24,540 nucleotides of DNA from Nanobdellota archaeon. Its GTDB lineage: Archaea; Nanobdellota; Nanobdellia; SCGC-AAA011-G17; JACPNG01. The stretch lies in the NCBI GenBank assembly GCA_038046345.1, contig JBBSWJ010000014.1, forward strand, positions 1 through 24,540. Direction: 5' to 3'. The notes beneath the pieces are model-generated. The model had not been told where the DNA came from. It made no database searches and saw nothing but the letters and a program-made list of their open reading frames with translations. This document shows positions 6,653-15,224 of the stretch, piece after piece (the stretch's first letter is position 1; every line of letters starts with the position of its first letter). The translations under genes and the position numbers were made by a program.

Positions 6653-8006
6653 GCTTAAATTGTTGATACCATTAGTTGTGATTGTTGGTTTAGTGATCAT
6701 GATCCCGCAGGTGTTTAGAGAAGACTCTATTATAGGCGAAAAATCTTATTATTATCTTAGGATCGCAGAAGATCCATTGATAAGCGAAGATCCACTTAGT
6801 TTTGGCGGGCGCAGGCATGTTTTTAATCCGTATCCTATTATTATTACTTTTGTTGGAAGTATATTGGGTTTAGAACTGGCGTCAAAGATTGTGCCATTAA
6901 TTGTTTGTTTAATGATTGTGGTGATATTCTATTTCATTTTGAGGTTTCATGGTATAACTAAGACAATTAGTGTTTTATCTATTTTGTTGCTAGCTGGTAC
7001 ACCCTCGTTTTTGTATCTTGCAAATGTATCTGATACACATTCTGTTGTATTATTGCTGATACTCTTGGCTTATTTTTCTCAACAACTTAAAAATACTTTT
7101 TTTTCTACATTTTTTTTGCTACCAATTCCTCTGTTTGGGATTAATTATTTGGTGATAGTGTTATTTCTGTTGATGGTATTATGGATTCATTCAAAAAAAA
7201 TTCCAAGTATCCAGATGGTTGGAGTAGCTTGTGTTGGGCTTATACCCCTAATAAGGTATGGTCTTCCTGTGAGCTTATCCAGTCATGTGCTATTCCCATT
7301 TTTTGAGTTTGGTGTTATAAACGGTGTTAGTCTGTTTGTTCTTTTCCTAACAATTGTAGGGTTTCATTCGTTTCAGAATACAAAATATCAGTATGCTAGT
7401 GTGTATGCGCTGGTTATTGGATTATTTGTTTTAAGTTTATTTACAGAATGGGGAGCATCTTTCTTGATGATACCGGCTAGTCCAATAGCAATATTAGGCT
7501 TACAACATATGTTTAATGATGAACGAGGTTACAGATTTTTTCGGAATGCCATTTTAATACTAGCTGCTGCAGGAGTTGTGTTATCATCTGTGTTGGCAGT
7601 TGGCCAGTTAGTGGATGCTGAACCGTCTAAAGATGTGTTTAGTAGCCTGGAATTTTTGCGAGGTGAATCAAAAACTGAAAGTGTTGTTTTGTCCCATCCA
7701 GATAATGGATTTTGGATAAGTGCAATTAGTAGAAATAAGAATGTGATTGACGAGCATTATTATAATTCTCCTAACCTGAAAGAAAGATGGTATGATATTC
7801 AAACATTGTTTCATACAACTGATATTGATGAGGCAGAGAAGGTTATAAGGAAGTATAATATTAAATATTTTTACATTGATAAGGATATGAAATCTGGGCA
7901 AGTTTGGGACGGCAAAACTGGTTTGTTATTTTTATTTGGGGCTTCTAATAAATTTAATATAATATACGAAAGCGAAGAGGTTGAGATCTGGAAGAGTTTG
8001 TTTTGA
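6636..8006 (+). CDS. Second GT-C-fold (AglB/STT3-like) membrane protein, paralog of the upstream gene
   Basis: GEKSYYYLRIAE..DPLSFGGR, LEFLRGE....SVVLSHPDNGFWI....RNKNVID, KYNIKYFYI. It overlaps the upstream stop codon, suggesting translational coupling. Confidence 0.65.
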   Translation: MKWLAELKLLIPLVVIVGLVIMIPQVFREDSIIGEKSYYYLRIAEDPLISEDPLSFGGRRHVFNPYPIIITFVGSILGLELASKIVPLIVCLMIVVIFYFILRFHGITKTISVLSILLLAGTPSFLYLANVSDTHSVVLLLILLAYFSQQLKNTFFSTFFLLPIPLFGINYLVIVLFLLMVLWIHSKKIPSIQMVGVACVGLIPLIRYGLPVSLSSHVLFPFFEFGVINGVSLFVLFLTIVGFHSFQNTKYQYASVYALVIGLFVLSLFTEWGASFLMIPASPIAILGLQHMFNDERGYRFFRNAILILAAAGVVLSSVLAVGQLVDAEPSKDVFSSLEFLRGESKTESVVLSHPDNGFWISAISRNKNVIDEHYYNSPNLKERWYDIQTLFHTTDIDEAEKVIRKYNIKYFYIDKDMKSGQVWDGKTGLLFLFGASNKFNIIYESEEVEIWKSLF

Positions 8007-8203
8007 TTTGATGCAAAATCAGTAGTTGGTTCTTACCATATAGATTCTCAAGAAGGTCTAAATGGATTTGCAAGAGTTGTCAGAGAGCTTTAGAGACAAC
8101 GTTTCTTATTTTTCAGATTAGTCAAAGCCCAGATCTATTTTTTAGTCTCCGATTCGTTCTTTTATAGGAATGAAATTTTATTAAAACTAACATCGGAATT
8201 TAA

Positions 8204-8277
8204 CGAAGCCACCGAAGGCGATTTGGGAAAAATGCGAGCCGATAGGCGAAAACGCGGCGTGGTCGAGGCGAAGCCGA
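8204..8277. repeat. GC-rich cluster of three GCC/GGC mini-hairpins (REP-like)
   Basis: gcc-accgaa-ggc at 8208-8219, gcc-gata-ggc at 8238-8247 and ggc-gaa-gcc at 8267-8275, spaced about 30 nt apart in an otherwise AT-rich intergenic region. Confidence 0.5.
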
Positions 8278-8282
8278 AGAAG

Positions 8283-8751
8283 TCTAATGAGGGGCGAGAA
8301 AGATTTATAAATATTAACTAAATAGTAGTAACTATGGATATTGATTATCAAACATTGAGAGCTTTAGTTGATGGCTCTGAATTAGAAGATTGGACTGAAT
8401 TAAAATTTGAAGGTTTAACTATTTTGGTCGCCTATGATGACGAAAATTCTGGACAACCCGCAGAATATCATCATTTTGACAGTCATTACGAAATTTATTT
8501 ATGGGCATCAATAAGTCCAATCTTTAGAAAACCAATTGTACTTCATGAAGTAGCAGAATTAACTTTATCAGAAAAATATCAAAGAAATGGAATGTCTTCT
8601 GAAGAAGCACAATTGCAAGCTCATAATCGGGCCAGAGAATTAGATGAAATATACGCAAGAGAAATTTTTGATAATCCAACTTTTGATAAATATTTAGAAA
8701 TGAGAAAAGAACTTGTAGATCGCTTTAGAGGAGATTAAGCCCCTCATTCGA
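8283..8751. repeat. Inverted repeat pair bracketing the promoter and ORF of 8334-8738
   Basis: aatgaggggc at 8286-8295 and gcccctcatt at 8739-8748 are a perfect 10-bp inverted repeat (12/13 over 8283-8295 and 8739-8751). The right copy starts at the first base after the stop codon. Confidence 0.6.
8334..8738 (+). CDS. Acidic hypothetical protein with HExxE...H putative metal-binding (zincin-variant) motif
   Basis: PIVLHEVAELTL...GMSSEEAQLQAHNRA. It has its own promoter, AAAGATTTATAAATA at about 8299-8313, roughly 22 nt upstream. Confidence 0.65.
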   Translation: MDIDYQTLRALVDGSELEDWTELKFEGLTILVAYDDENSGQPAEYHHFDSHYEIYLWASISPIFRKPIVLHEVAELTLSEKYQRNGMSSEEAQLQAHNRARELDEIYAREIFDNPTFDKYLEMRKELVDRFRGD

Positions 8752-8931
8752 TTGCAACTAACAACTATTAAGTGAGATAATATTTGTTTTTTATTTCTTG
8801 AAAAAATGGAAAGTACAATAAAAGAACAATACGGCTTAATTTTGATTGATGGTTGTTAACAATTATTTAGTAGTATCTAACCTTGCTGAGACGTTAATCT
8901 TAAATAAGATTAGTACATAACCCTAAAAGAG

Positions 8932-10188
8932 ATGATAACCTTTGCTGTAATACTAATTTGGTTAGTATATTTTGCTTTGCTTTATATGATTGTATTCTGG
9001 TTAATAGTCTTCATGGAAGATGGAATATCTGACAACAATAAAGAACCAACAAGACTCCCTTTTGTGACTATAGCAATACCAGCATTTAATGAAGAAAAAG
9101 GGATAATAGACACATTGAACTCAGCTATAAAACTAGATTATCCTAAAGAAAAAATGGAAATCCTTGTGATGAATGATGGAAGTATTGACAAAACAAGGCA
9201 GGTTGTTGAAACATTTATTGAGTCTAATAAAGAATATTTAGTTAGATTATATAACCAAGAAAATCGTGGAAAAGGTGCATCATTAAATGTTTTGTTAAGC
9301 AAATCTGGTGGTGAGATATTTATACCGTTTGATGCTGACAGTATAATAAGAGAAGATGCAATCAAAAAACTTTTACCCGTGTTTGAAGAAGGAGAAGAAA
9401 TAGCCGCAGTACTACCATTAATGAAGGTTTGGCAACCAAAAACATGGATACAAAAAATACAATGGGCCGAGTATATGTTTAATTTGTTTTATAAAAAACT
9501 GATGAGCAGCTTAGACTGCATAAGCGTAGCACCAGGCCCGTTTAGTGCATACAGAAAATCGTTGCTAGAAAAGGTTGGAGGATTCAGTGAAAATAATTTA
9601 ACAGAAGACTTAGAAATATCGCTGCGTTTGCAAAAATATCATTATAAGATAGTTCAAGTTTTTAATACTGAAGTATACACAAAGGCGCCAACCACATTCA
9701 AAGCGTTTTATGCACAAAGAAACAGGTGGTACAAAGGAACAATACTAAATGCGTTGAAGTATAGAAGAATGATATTTAATAAGGAATATGGTGACTTTGG
9801 AATGCTACAAATGCCAAGACTTATGTTTGAGGGAATAGTTGTGTTTATGATTATATTATTAGTAGCATATTCTAATATTGTTGCACCATTATATGCAAAA
9901 TTAAAGATGTTGTATTTTACAAACTTAAATATATTGCCTGGATTAAAGTGGGGGATTAATAATTTTCGTATGATAGACCTAAATTTTACAAATATATTCT
10001 TTTCGATATCGCTAACCGGGTTTGCAGTTTTATTGTTATACTATGCACATAAGGCATGCAAGGAAAAACTGACAAAACAAGGATACTTTGCAGTACCATC
10101 CTACTTATTAATGTACGGGGTGTTAGCTGGTGTTGTACTATTAGGCGTTTTCTTTGATTTAACAAGAGGAAAAAAACAGAGATGGTAG
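8932..10188 (+). CDS. Processive membrane glycosyltransferase family 2 (cellulose synthase/PgaC/hyaluronan synthase-like)
   Basis: IPAFNEE, NDGSID, NRGKGASLN, FDAD, TED and QRNRW motifs, with an N-terminal TM and several C-terminal TMs. Confidence 0.93.
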   Translation: MITFAVILIWLVYFALLYMIVFWLIVFMEDGISDNNKEPTRLPFVTIAIPAFNEEKGIIDTLNSAIKLDYPKEKMEILVMNDGSIDKTRQVVETFIESNKEYLVRLYNQENRGKGASLNVLLSKSGGEIFIPFDADSIIREDAIKKLLPVFEEGEEIAAVLPLMKVWQPKTWIQKIQWAEYMFNLFYKKLMSSLDCISVAPGPFSAYRKSLLEKVGGFSENNLTEDLEISLRLQKYHYKIVQVFNTEVYTKAPTTFKAFYAQRNRWYKGTILNALKYRRMIFNKEYGDFGMLQMPRLMFEGIVVFMIILLVAYSNIVAPLYAKLKMLYFTNLNILPGLKWGINNFRMIDLNFTNIFFSISLTGFAVLLLYYAHKACKEKLTKQGYFAVPSYLLMYGVLAGVVLLGVFFDLTRGKKQRW

Positions 10189-10880
10189 AACGAAAAATAT
10201 CAGTAAAAAGATATTTTGCTGCAGGGATGATAACATTACTAGTGTTTGTAACGGGCTTATTACTGGGAGTTATGTTAACAAATGAAAGGGCGAATGTAGT
10301 CGAAACAGAAACATACCAGCAAAAGTTAGATTTAGATAGTGTGCAGCTACAGTATAATTATTTACAAAGTTTTAGCAACAAAGAAAATGGATGCGCAGCA
10401 GCATTAAAAGCATTAGGGATAAACTTAGGCAGCCTGGAAGATACAAGAAAAAAACTTGAAGGATATATATCACAATCATTAACTGATAACGAAGAGTTCA
10501 ATACACTAAAAAGAGAGTATATGCTATCAGAATTACGTTATTGGCTGTTGTATAAAGAAACTGAGCAATTATGTGAATCTGAAACAGTTAGTCTGTTATA
10601 CTTTTATTCAAACAAAGGATGCTCGGATTGTTCATCTCAAGGGGCTATTTTAACAAATATAAAAGAGAAGTTTGACAAATCATTGTTAATCTTTTCTATA
10701 GATGCTGATTTTGAACAAGAACCGTTAATAGGCATTGTACGTGAAAACTATAAGATAAATGAGCTGCCTGCCATAGTGTTAGGAGATCTCAGGATTGAAG
10801 GGCTGCAAACTGAAGATGAGTTACTTCCTATTATTTGCGAATTATTGAATGGTAACATAACAGTGTGCCAAAAAACATAA
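10182..10880 (+). CDS. Membrane-anchored protein with helical stalk and C-terminal thioredoxin-like fold (CxxC)
   Basis: N-terminal TM, heptad-like region, LLYFYSNKGCSDC..QG.IL, LLIFSID, YKINELPAIV. It overlaps the GT2 stop. Confidence 0.7.
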   Translation: MVERKISVKRYFAAGMITLLVFVTGLLLGVMLTNERANVVETETYQQKLDLDSVQLQYNYLQSFSNKENGCAAALKALGINLGSLEDTRKKLEGYISQSLTDNEEFNTLKREYMLSELRYWLLYKETEQLCESETVSLLYFYSNKGCSDCSSQGAILTNIKEKFDKSLLIFSIDADFEQEPLIGIVRENYKINELPAIVLGDLRIEGLQTEDELLPIICELLNGNITVCQKT

Positions 10881-10904
10881 AAAAAGAAAGTTTTTCTAAT
10901 TCTT

Positions 10905-11342
10905 ATGAGCTCATGTGAATTATGCGGAAAAGAAGGGATATTATTACAGACAAAAATAGAAAACACAATATTAGCGCTATGCTCTGACTGCAGGAAACAT
11001 GGCAATATAATCGATCGTCCAAAAGAAAAACCAAAAATACTTATCAAGGTAGCTGATGATGAAGAGTTATTATTAAGTGATTATGCCGTACAACTAAAAA
11101 AAGCAAGAGAGCAAAGAAATTTAACCCAACAAGATTTAGCAATTGCAATATCAGAGAAAAAATCTATGATAACAAAAATAGAATCAGGGTCAGTACCCAA
11201 TGATAGTATTTTAAAAAAGTTGGAGCAGTTTTTTAGAATAAAACTCACTGAAAAAACAAAAAAAGATGATATTGAAGGAGTTAGCTTTAAGGATTCAAGT
11301 GTAACCATAGGGGATCTTCTTAAAAAAAAGAATGAAAACTAA
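10905..11342 (+). CDS. Archaeal multiprotein bridging factor aMBF1 (Zn ribbon plus HTH)
   Basis: CELCG...CSDC, then LKKARE...[19 protein letters not shown], and C-terminal TIGDLL. Confidence 0.9.
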   Translation: MSSCELCGKEGILLQTKIENTILALCSDCRKHGNIIDRPKEKPKILIKVADDEELLLSDYAVQLKKAREQRNLTQQDLAIAISEKKSMITKIESGSVPNDSILKKLEQFFRIKLTEKTKKDDIEGVSFKDSSVTIGDLLKKKNEN

Positions 11343-11955
11343 AAAATGGATAGCAATGTCCCTTTCTAAGATTAAAGAGTTTAAACTTCCCAAAGCGCAA
11401 TATGAACAATACTCAACAAACTCAGAACTAGCTGCAGGGATATTATGGAAGATATACCTTGATGGAAATTGTGGAAAGGTTATAGCAGATCTTGGGTGTG
11501 GTACCGGAGTGTTAGGATTAGGTGCATTATTACTAGGCGCTAAAAAAGTATTTTTTGTTGATATTGATATTGACGCGTTAAATATCGCGTCTGAAAATCA
11601 TAAAGCTCTTGAAAAAAAATTCCATAAAAAATTAAATGCAGAGTTTATTAATTGTAATGTTAAGACGTTTAACAAAAAAGTAGATGTAGTACTTCAAAAC
11701 CCGCCATTTGGAGTACAAAATGTTCATGCGGATAAGTTATTTTTAGAGAAGGCAATGGGCATTGCAGATATTATTTATTCAGTTCATAAGATTGAGTCTA
11801 AAGAGTTTGTTGAAAGATTAACTAAAAAAAATGATTTTGTTGTTGAAGAAATAACATCACTAGACCTGCCATTAATGAGCACATTACCATTTCATACTAG
11901 AAGAAAGCACATTGTGAAAGTTGGGCTTTGGAAGATCGGAAGGTTTAAAAAGTAG
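11332..11955 (+). CDS. METTL5-like N6-adenine RNA methyltransferase (COG2263-type)
   Basis: [29 protein letters not shown] motifs. Confidence 0.9.
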   Translation: MKTKKWIAMSLSKIKEFKLPKAQYEQYSTNSELAAGILWKIYLDGNCGKVIADLGCGTGVLGLGALLLGAKKVFFVDIDIDALNIASENHKALEKKFHKKLNAEFINCNVKTFNKKVDVVLQNPPFGVQNVHADKLFLEKAMGIADIIYSVHKIESKEFVERLTKKNDFVVEEITSLDLPLMSTLPFHTRRKHIVKVGLWKIGRFKK

Positions 11956-11973
11956 TTCTAGACAAAAAGTTAC

Positions 11974-12249
11974 ATGGAATTAGAAGTTATAAAAAAGACA
12001 AAGAATCTAATCAAACTTAAGATAAAAGGTGAGGATCATACATTTTGTAATGCTCTTACAAAAGAGTTATGGGCTGATAAAGATACGGAGATAGCAGGGT
12101 ATTCTATAGCACACTCATTAACTGAAGAACCAATTTTAACTTTTGAATCAAAAAAAGATGTAATAAAAGCATTAAACGATGCTGCAGAAAGAATAAAAAA
12201 AACTAATAAAACTTTTAAAGAGAATTGTTTAAAGCTACTGAATGAATGA
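11974..12249 (+). CDS. rpoL: DNA-directed RNA polymerase subunit L (Rpo11)
   Basis: GEDHTFCNAL..EL...V..AGY.I.H.L...P.L; 91 aa. Confidence 0.92.
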   Translation: MELEVIKKTKNLIKLKIKGEDHTFCNALTKELWADKDTEIAGYSIAHSLTEEPILTFESKKDVIKALNDAAERIKKTNKTFKENCLKLLNE

Positions 12250-12775
12250 TAAAGAAAAGAGAGATCTTCTTGCACTTGTACGTAAAGCTATAGAGTCAGC
12301 TGTCATAAATGGAGAAGAGACGTATGATGAGACAAGATTTCTACAAAAACAACCAGTATTTGTAACATTATACAAGGCAGGGCATCCGAGAGGATCTATG
12401 GGGACCATGGATACTAGGCTGCCACTTGGAGTGAGCGTGTGCTTAGCAGCTAGATATGCTGCTCTAAAAGATAAAAAGCATAATCCATTAACTAATAAAG
12501 AACTCAAAAAGATAAAAATTGAAATTTCATTGTTATCACACCCGGAGGAAGTAAGACATGATCAATACAAGGAAAAAATAAAGTACGGTGAACATGGATT
12601 AATAGCGGAGATACCACCGTTTAAAGGAACGATACTACCACAATTATTCTTACCCGGAAGTAAAGTGGAAGATATGCTAACCCAGGTATGCAAAAAAGCA
12701 GGGTTGGTTGAGGACAGCTGGACTAAACAAGAGTGTAAAATACATAGATTTACAGCTGAAAGATTTAAAGAATGA
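12242..12775 (+). CDS. AMMECR1-domain protein (AmmeMemoRadiSam protein A)
   Basis: VFVTL, RGSMG (canonical LRGCIG), AA..D....PL...EL..I.IEISLL, GEHGLI, G.ILPQ, C.KAGL..D.W, F.AE.F.E. Confidence 0.85.
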   Translation: MNDKEKRDLLALVRKAIESAVINGEETYDETRFLQKQPVFVTLYKAGHPRGSMGTMDTRLPLGVSVCLAARYAALKDKKHNPLTNKELKKIKIEISLLSHPEEVRHDQYKEKIKYGEHGLIAEIPPFKGTILPQLFLPGSKVEDMLTQVCKKAGLVEDSWTKQECKIHRFTAERFKE

Positions 12776-12845
12776 ATATTGGCGTTAATGTAAAACTTTC
12801 AACTTTTTCTACGAAGAATTTAATAAGGACTATGCTGTGAATAGA

Positions 12846-12977
12846 ATGATGGTGAGTGATATTGTTAATAAAACTAAAAACTTAAAGAATGGACTAGATT
12901 TTATAGAGATATCACTGATAATAGGTATGATACTTGTTGTAATCTTTTTTGTTGCTGTAAGCCTTAAAGGTGGATAA
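12846..12977 (+). CDS. Small single-TM protein (43 aa), below the ORF-track cutoff
   Basis: MMVSDIVNKTKNLKNGLDFIEISLIIGMILVVIFFVAVSLKGG*. It fills the gap after AMMECR1 and ends 1 nt before the next ATG. Confidence 0.5.
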   Translation: MMVSDIVNKTKNLKNGLDFIEISLIIGMILVVIFFVAVSLKGG

Positions 12978-12978
12978 T

Positions 12979-13222
12979 ATGAAACTAGATAAAATTATTA
13001 ATGGGGCGATTGTTATATCATTAGCATTAGTAGCAATATTACTCCTCTGGTTTATTTTAGGAGATTCACCCAACTGATACTAGAGAGGATCTTAAGAAGG
13101 AACTTTCTGAAACAAAGCTATATGTTGAGGCTGCGCTATCTAGAACTAATCTTAGCATACAAAAAGAGTTATTGGGTATGAAACAAATACTTGATGGATT
13201 GCATAATAAGTTTAGTAAGTAA
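12979..13222 (+). pseudogene. Frameshifted small TM plus coiled-coil protein
   Basis: Frame 1 reads MKLDKIINGAIVISLALVAILLLWFILGDSPN* (12979-13077). Removing one C in tcacccaac continues ...SPTDTREDLKKELSETKLYVEAALSRTNLSIQKELLGMKQILDGLHNKFSK* to 13222. A GGTGGA SD-like site lies upstream. Confidence 0.5.
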
Positions 13223-13224
13223 AG

Positions 13225-14133
13225 CTATTTGCTGCTGCCTATAAACTCAAATACGTAATAAGATGCTGTAACTGCTTCTGCAACTCCAGTAATAGCCTGT
13301 TTAAATCCTGTGTCAGCAACATCTCCTGCAGCGTAAAAACCAGGAACATTTGTCTCAGAGCGACGATTAATACAAATTTCTCCATTTTTATTTGTTTTAA
13401 CACCAATGCTTTTAGCAAGATCTGATAATGAAGTGTGCCCAATTGCTATGAACACTCCCGAAAGTTTTAATTCGTTGCTTTTTTTGTATGGTCTATCAAG
13501 GATTACATGAGTAACAAATCTGTCTCCTCTTATTTCTTTAACATTAGTATTATTGATTATTTCAATATTTTTCTTCTTTTTTACACGCTCCATATTTATT
13601 GGTTCGGGGTGTATTTGCGTACCACGATAAATAATATAAACCTTTTTCGCAACTTCTGAAAGTACCAATGCATCTTTAGTAGCAGAATCAGAACCACCAA
13701 TTAAACAGACATCTTTGCCTTTATAACTGTAAGAATCACAAAGAGCACAAAAATGTACGCCTTTACTGTTAAATTTATCTTCACCAGGTATACCAAGTTT
13801 TTTTACTTTAGTACCAGTAGCATAAATAATTGTTTTAGTCTTAAAAGTTTGTTTGCTTGTAGCAACTGAAAATCCTTTATTTGATTTAGTAATCTTTGTT
13901 ACATAATCACTCTTTATTTCAATGTTATATTCTTGTGCATGTTCTCTTAGTTTATTTGATAGTTCAATACCTGTAAGCTTTTTGAAACCGGGATAATTCT
14001 CTACTGTGTCCGTCCATGTTATTAAACCACCATGATCTTCACCAATAAGGAGGGTTTTCATGTTGAAACGACCGCAATACATAGCTGCAGCATAACCACT
14101 GCAACCTGTGCCTATGATTATAGTGTCATACAT
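13225..14133 (-). CDS. trxB: Thioredoxin reductase-like FAD-dependent disulfide reductase; likely start is ATG 14133
   Basis: MYDTIIIGTGCSGYAAA, GG....VENYPG, ATG, HFCALCD redox CxxC, GVFIAIG, PGFYAAGDV, KQAIT.VAE. Confidence 0.9.
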   Translation of the reverse strand: MYDTIIIGTGCSGYAAAMYCGRFNMKTLLIGEDHGGLITWTDTVENYPGFKKLTGIELSNKLREHAQEYNIEIKSDYVTKITKSNKGFSVATSKQTFKTKTIIYATGTKVKKLGIPGEDKFNSKGVHFCALCDSYSYKGKDVCLIGGSDSATKDALVLSEVAKKVYIIYRGTQIHPEPINMERVKKKKNIEIINNTNVKEIRGDRFVTHVILDRPYKKSNELKLSGVFIAIGHTSLSDLAKSIGVKTNKNGEICINRRSETNVPGFYAAGDVADTGFKQAITGVAEAVTASYYVFEFIGSSK

Positions 14134-14178
14134 CACAGAAAAGAAAAGGTTTTTATTATTAAGTATTTCGTTTAGTAT

Positions 14179-14805
14179 ATGAACCTTAAGAAGATATGGC
14201 AGTTTATATGGCATGATGACTCAATATGGAGCTGGCTTGTATCTGCAATATTAGCTTTCTTAATAGTCAAATTTTTGTTTTTACCGGGGCTGGGATTAGC
14301 TTTAGGAACAAGCCATCCAATAGTAGCAGTAGTAAGCGGAAGTATGGAGCATAAAACTGTTGGTGCTGATGGGGCTTATGGTGCTTGCGGTGTATTTATA
14401 ACCGAAAAGAAAAAATTAAGTTTTGATGAGTTTTGGAATATGTGCGGTGCTTGGTATCAAGAGCAGGTAAGTATTACAAAGGAGCAGTTTTCTCAGTACA
14501 ATTTTAAAAATGGATTTAATACTGGAGACATAATGGTGATATTGGGAATGAAACCAGAGAAACTTACTGTAGGGGAGGTAATAGTTTTTGATGTAGGCAG
14601 ATCAGACCCAATAATACATAGGATTGTTGGAATTTATGAATCAAATGGTAAGAGGGTGTTTCATACAAAAGGGGATCATAACAGCGCAAGTAGTAATTCT
14701 GAAAGTGAGATTTCTGAAGAACAAATTATTGGTAAGGCATGGTTTAGGATACCCTGGTTTGGATATGTAAAGCTGTTAGCAGTTAGATTAATCGGTATGT
14801 TTTAA
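14179..14805 (+). CDS. Archaeal signal peptidase I (S26, Sec11-type)
   Basis: N-terminal TM, VVSGSM, GD.....VG.VIVF, PIIHRI (Ser-His type), TKGDHN, IIGKA...IPWFGYVKL. Confidence 0.92.
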   Translation: MNLKKIWQFIWHDDSIWSWLVSAILAFLIVKFLFLPGLGLALGTSHPIVAVVSGSMEHKTVGADGAYGACGVFITEKKKLSFDEFWNMCGAWYQEQVSITKEQFSQYNFKNGFNTGDIMVILGMKPEKLTVGEVIVFDVGRSDPIIHRIVGIYESNGKRVFHTKGDHNSASSNSESEISEEQIIGKAWFRIPWFGYVKLLAVRLIGMF

Positions 14806-14900
14806 GCAAATTCATACTGGAATATTAAATAAGCCATTATTCTGTGACGGTTTTTAATTAACGTAATCTTTTTAAATACTCATGTTGACATTTCTTGTTT

Positions 14901-15224
14901 ATGCAGTTTTGTACTAAATGTGGAGCATTATTAATTCCAAAGAAAGAGGATGGGAATAAAGGGATAACATGTGAAACATGTGGCACTGTTACTAAACATC
15001 GTCTGAATGTTCTTATAAAAGAGAGGGTTAGAAAAGAAAAATCATCAATAATAGAAGTGATAGACAAAAAAATTGATGCGCATCCAAAAATTAAGGAAAC
15101 GTGCCCAAAATGCGGTAATGGTACTGCATTATACTGGACAATGCAAACTCGTTCGGGTGATGAAGCTGAAACAAGATTCTTTGAATGTACAAAATGTCAA
15201 AATCGTTGGCGGGCTTATGAATAA
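14901..15224 (+). CDS. tfs: Transcription elongation factor TFS (RpoM/TFIIS-like)
   Basis: FCTKCG...CETCG, CPKCG....Y...QTRSGDEAETRFF.CTKC. The acidic DE pair is intact. Likely start is ATG 14901. Confidence 0.9.
   Translation: MQFCTKCGALLIPKKEDGNKGITCETCGTVTKHRLNVLIKERVRKEKSSIIEVIDKKIDAHPKIKETCPKCGNGTALYWTMQTRSGDEAETRFFECTKCQNRWRAYE

Noticed and set aside
8004-8093. 28 open codons in frame after the TGA of the second GT-C gene (possible readthrough or recoding)
   Set aside because: TGA acts as a normal stop in other genes here (AMMECR1, tfs, pilin) and no conserved gene needs in-frame TGA. A short open stretch can be chance or a gene remnant.
8200-8300. tRNA or CRISPR repeat in the GC-rich intergenic patch
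   Set aside because: There is no cloverleaf, T-loop or acceptor stem, and no regularly spaced identical repeats with unique spacers.
15073-15216. N-terminal extension of the OB-fold ORF
   Set aside because: It overlaps tfs out of frame for about 150 nt. ATG 15217, overlapping the tfs stop, gives a compact OB domain.
14901-15224. TFS as an inhibitory TFS4-like paralog
   Set aside because: The catalytic acidic pair (SGDEAET) is intact and the gene lies in the housekeeping tfs-RPA-pcn cluster.
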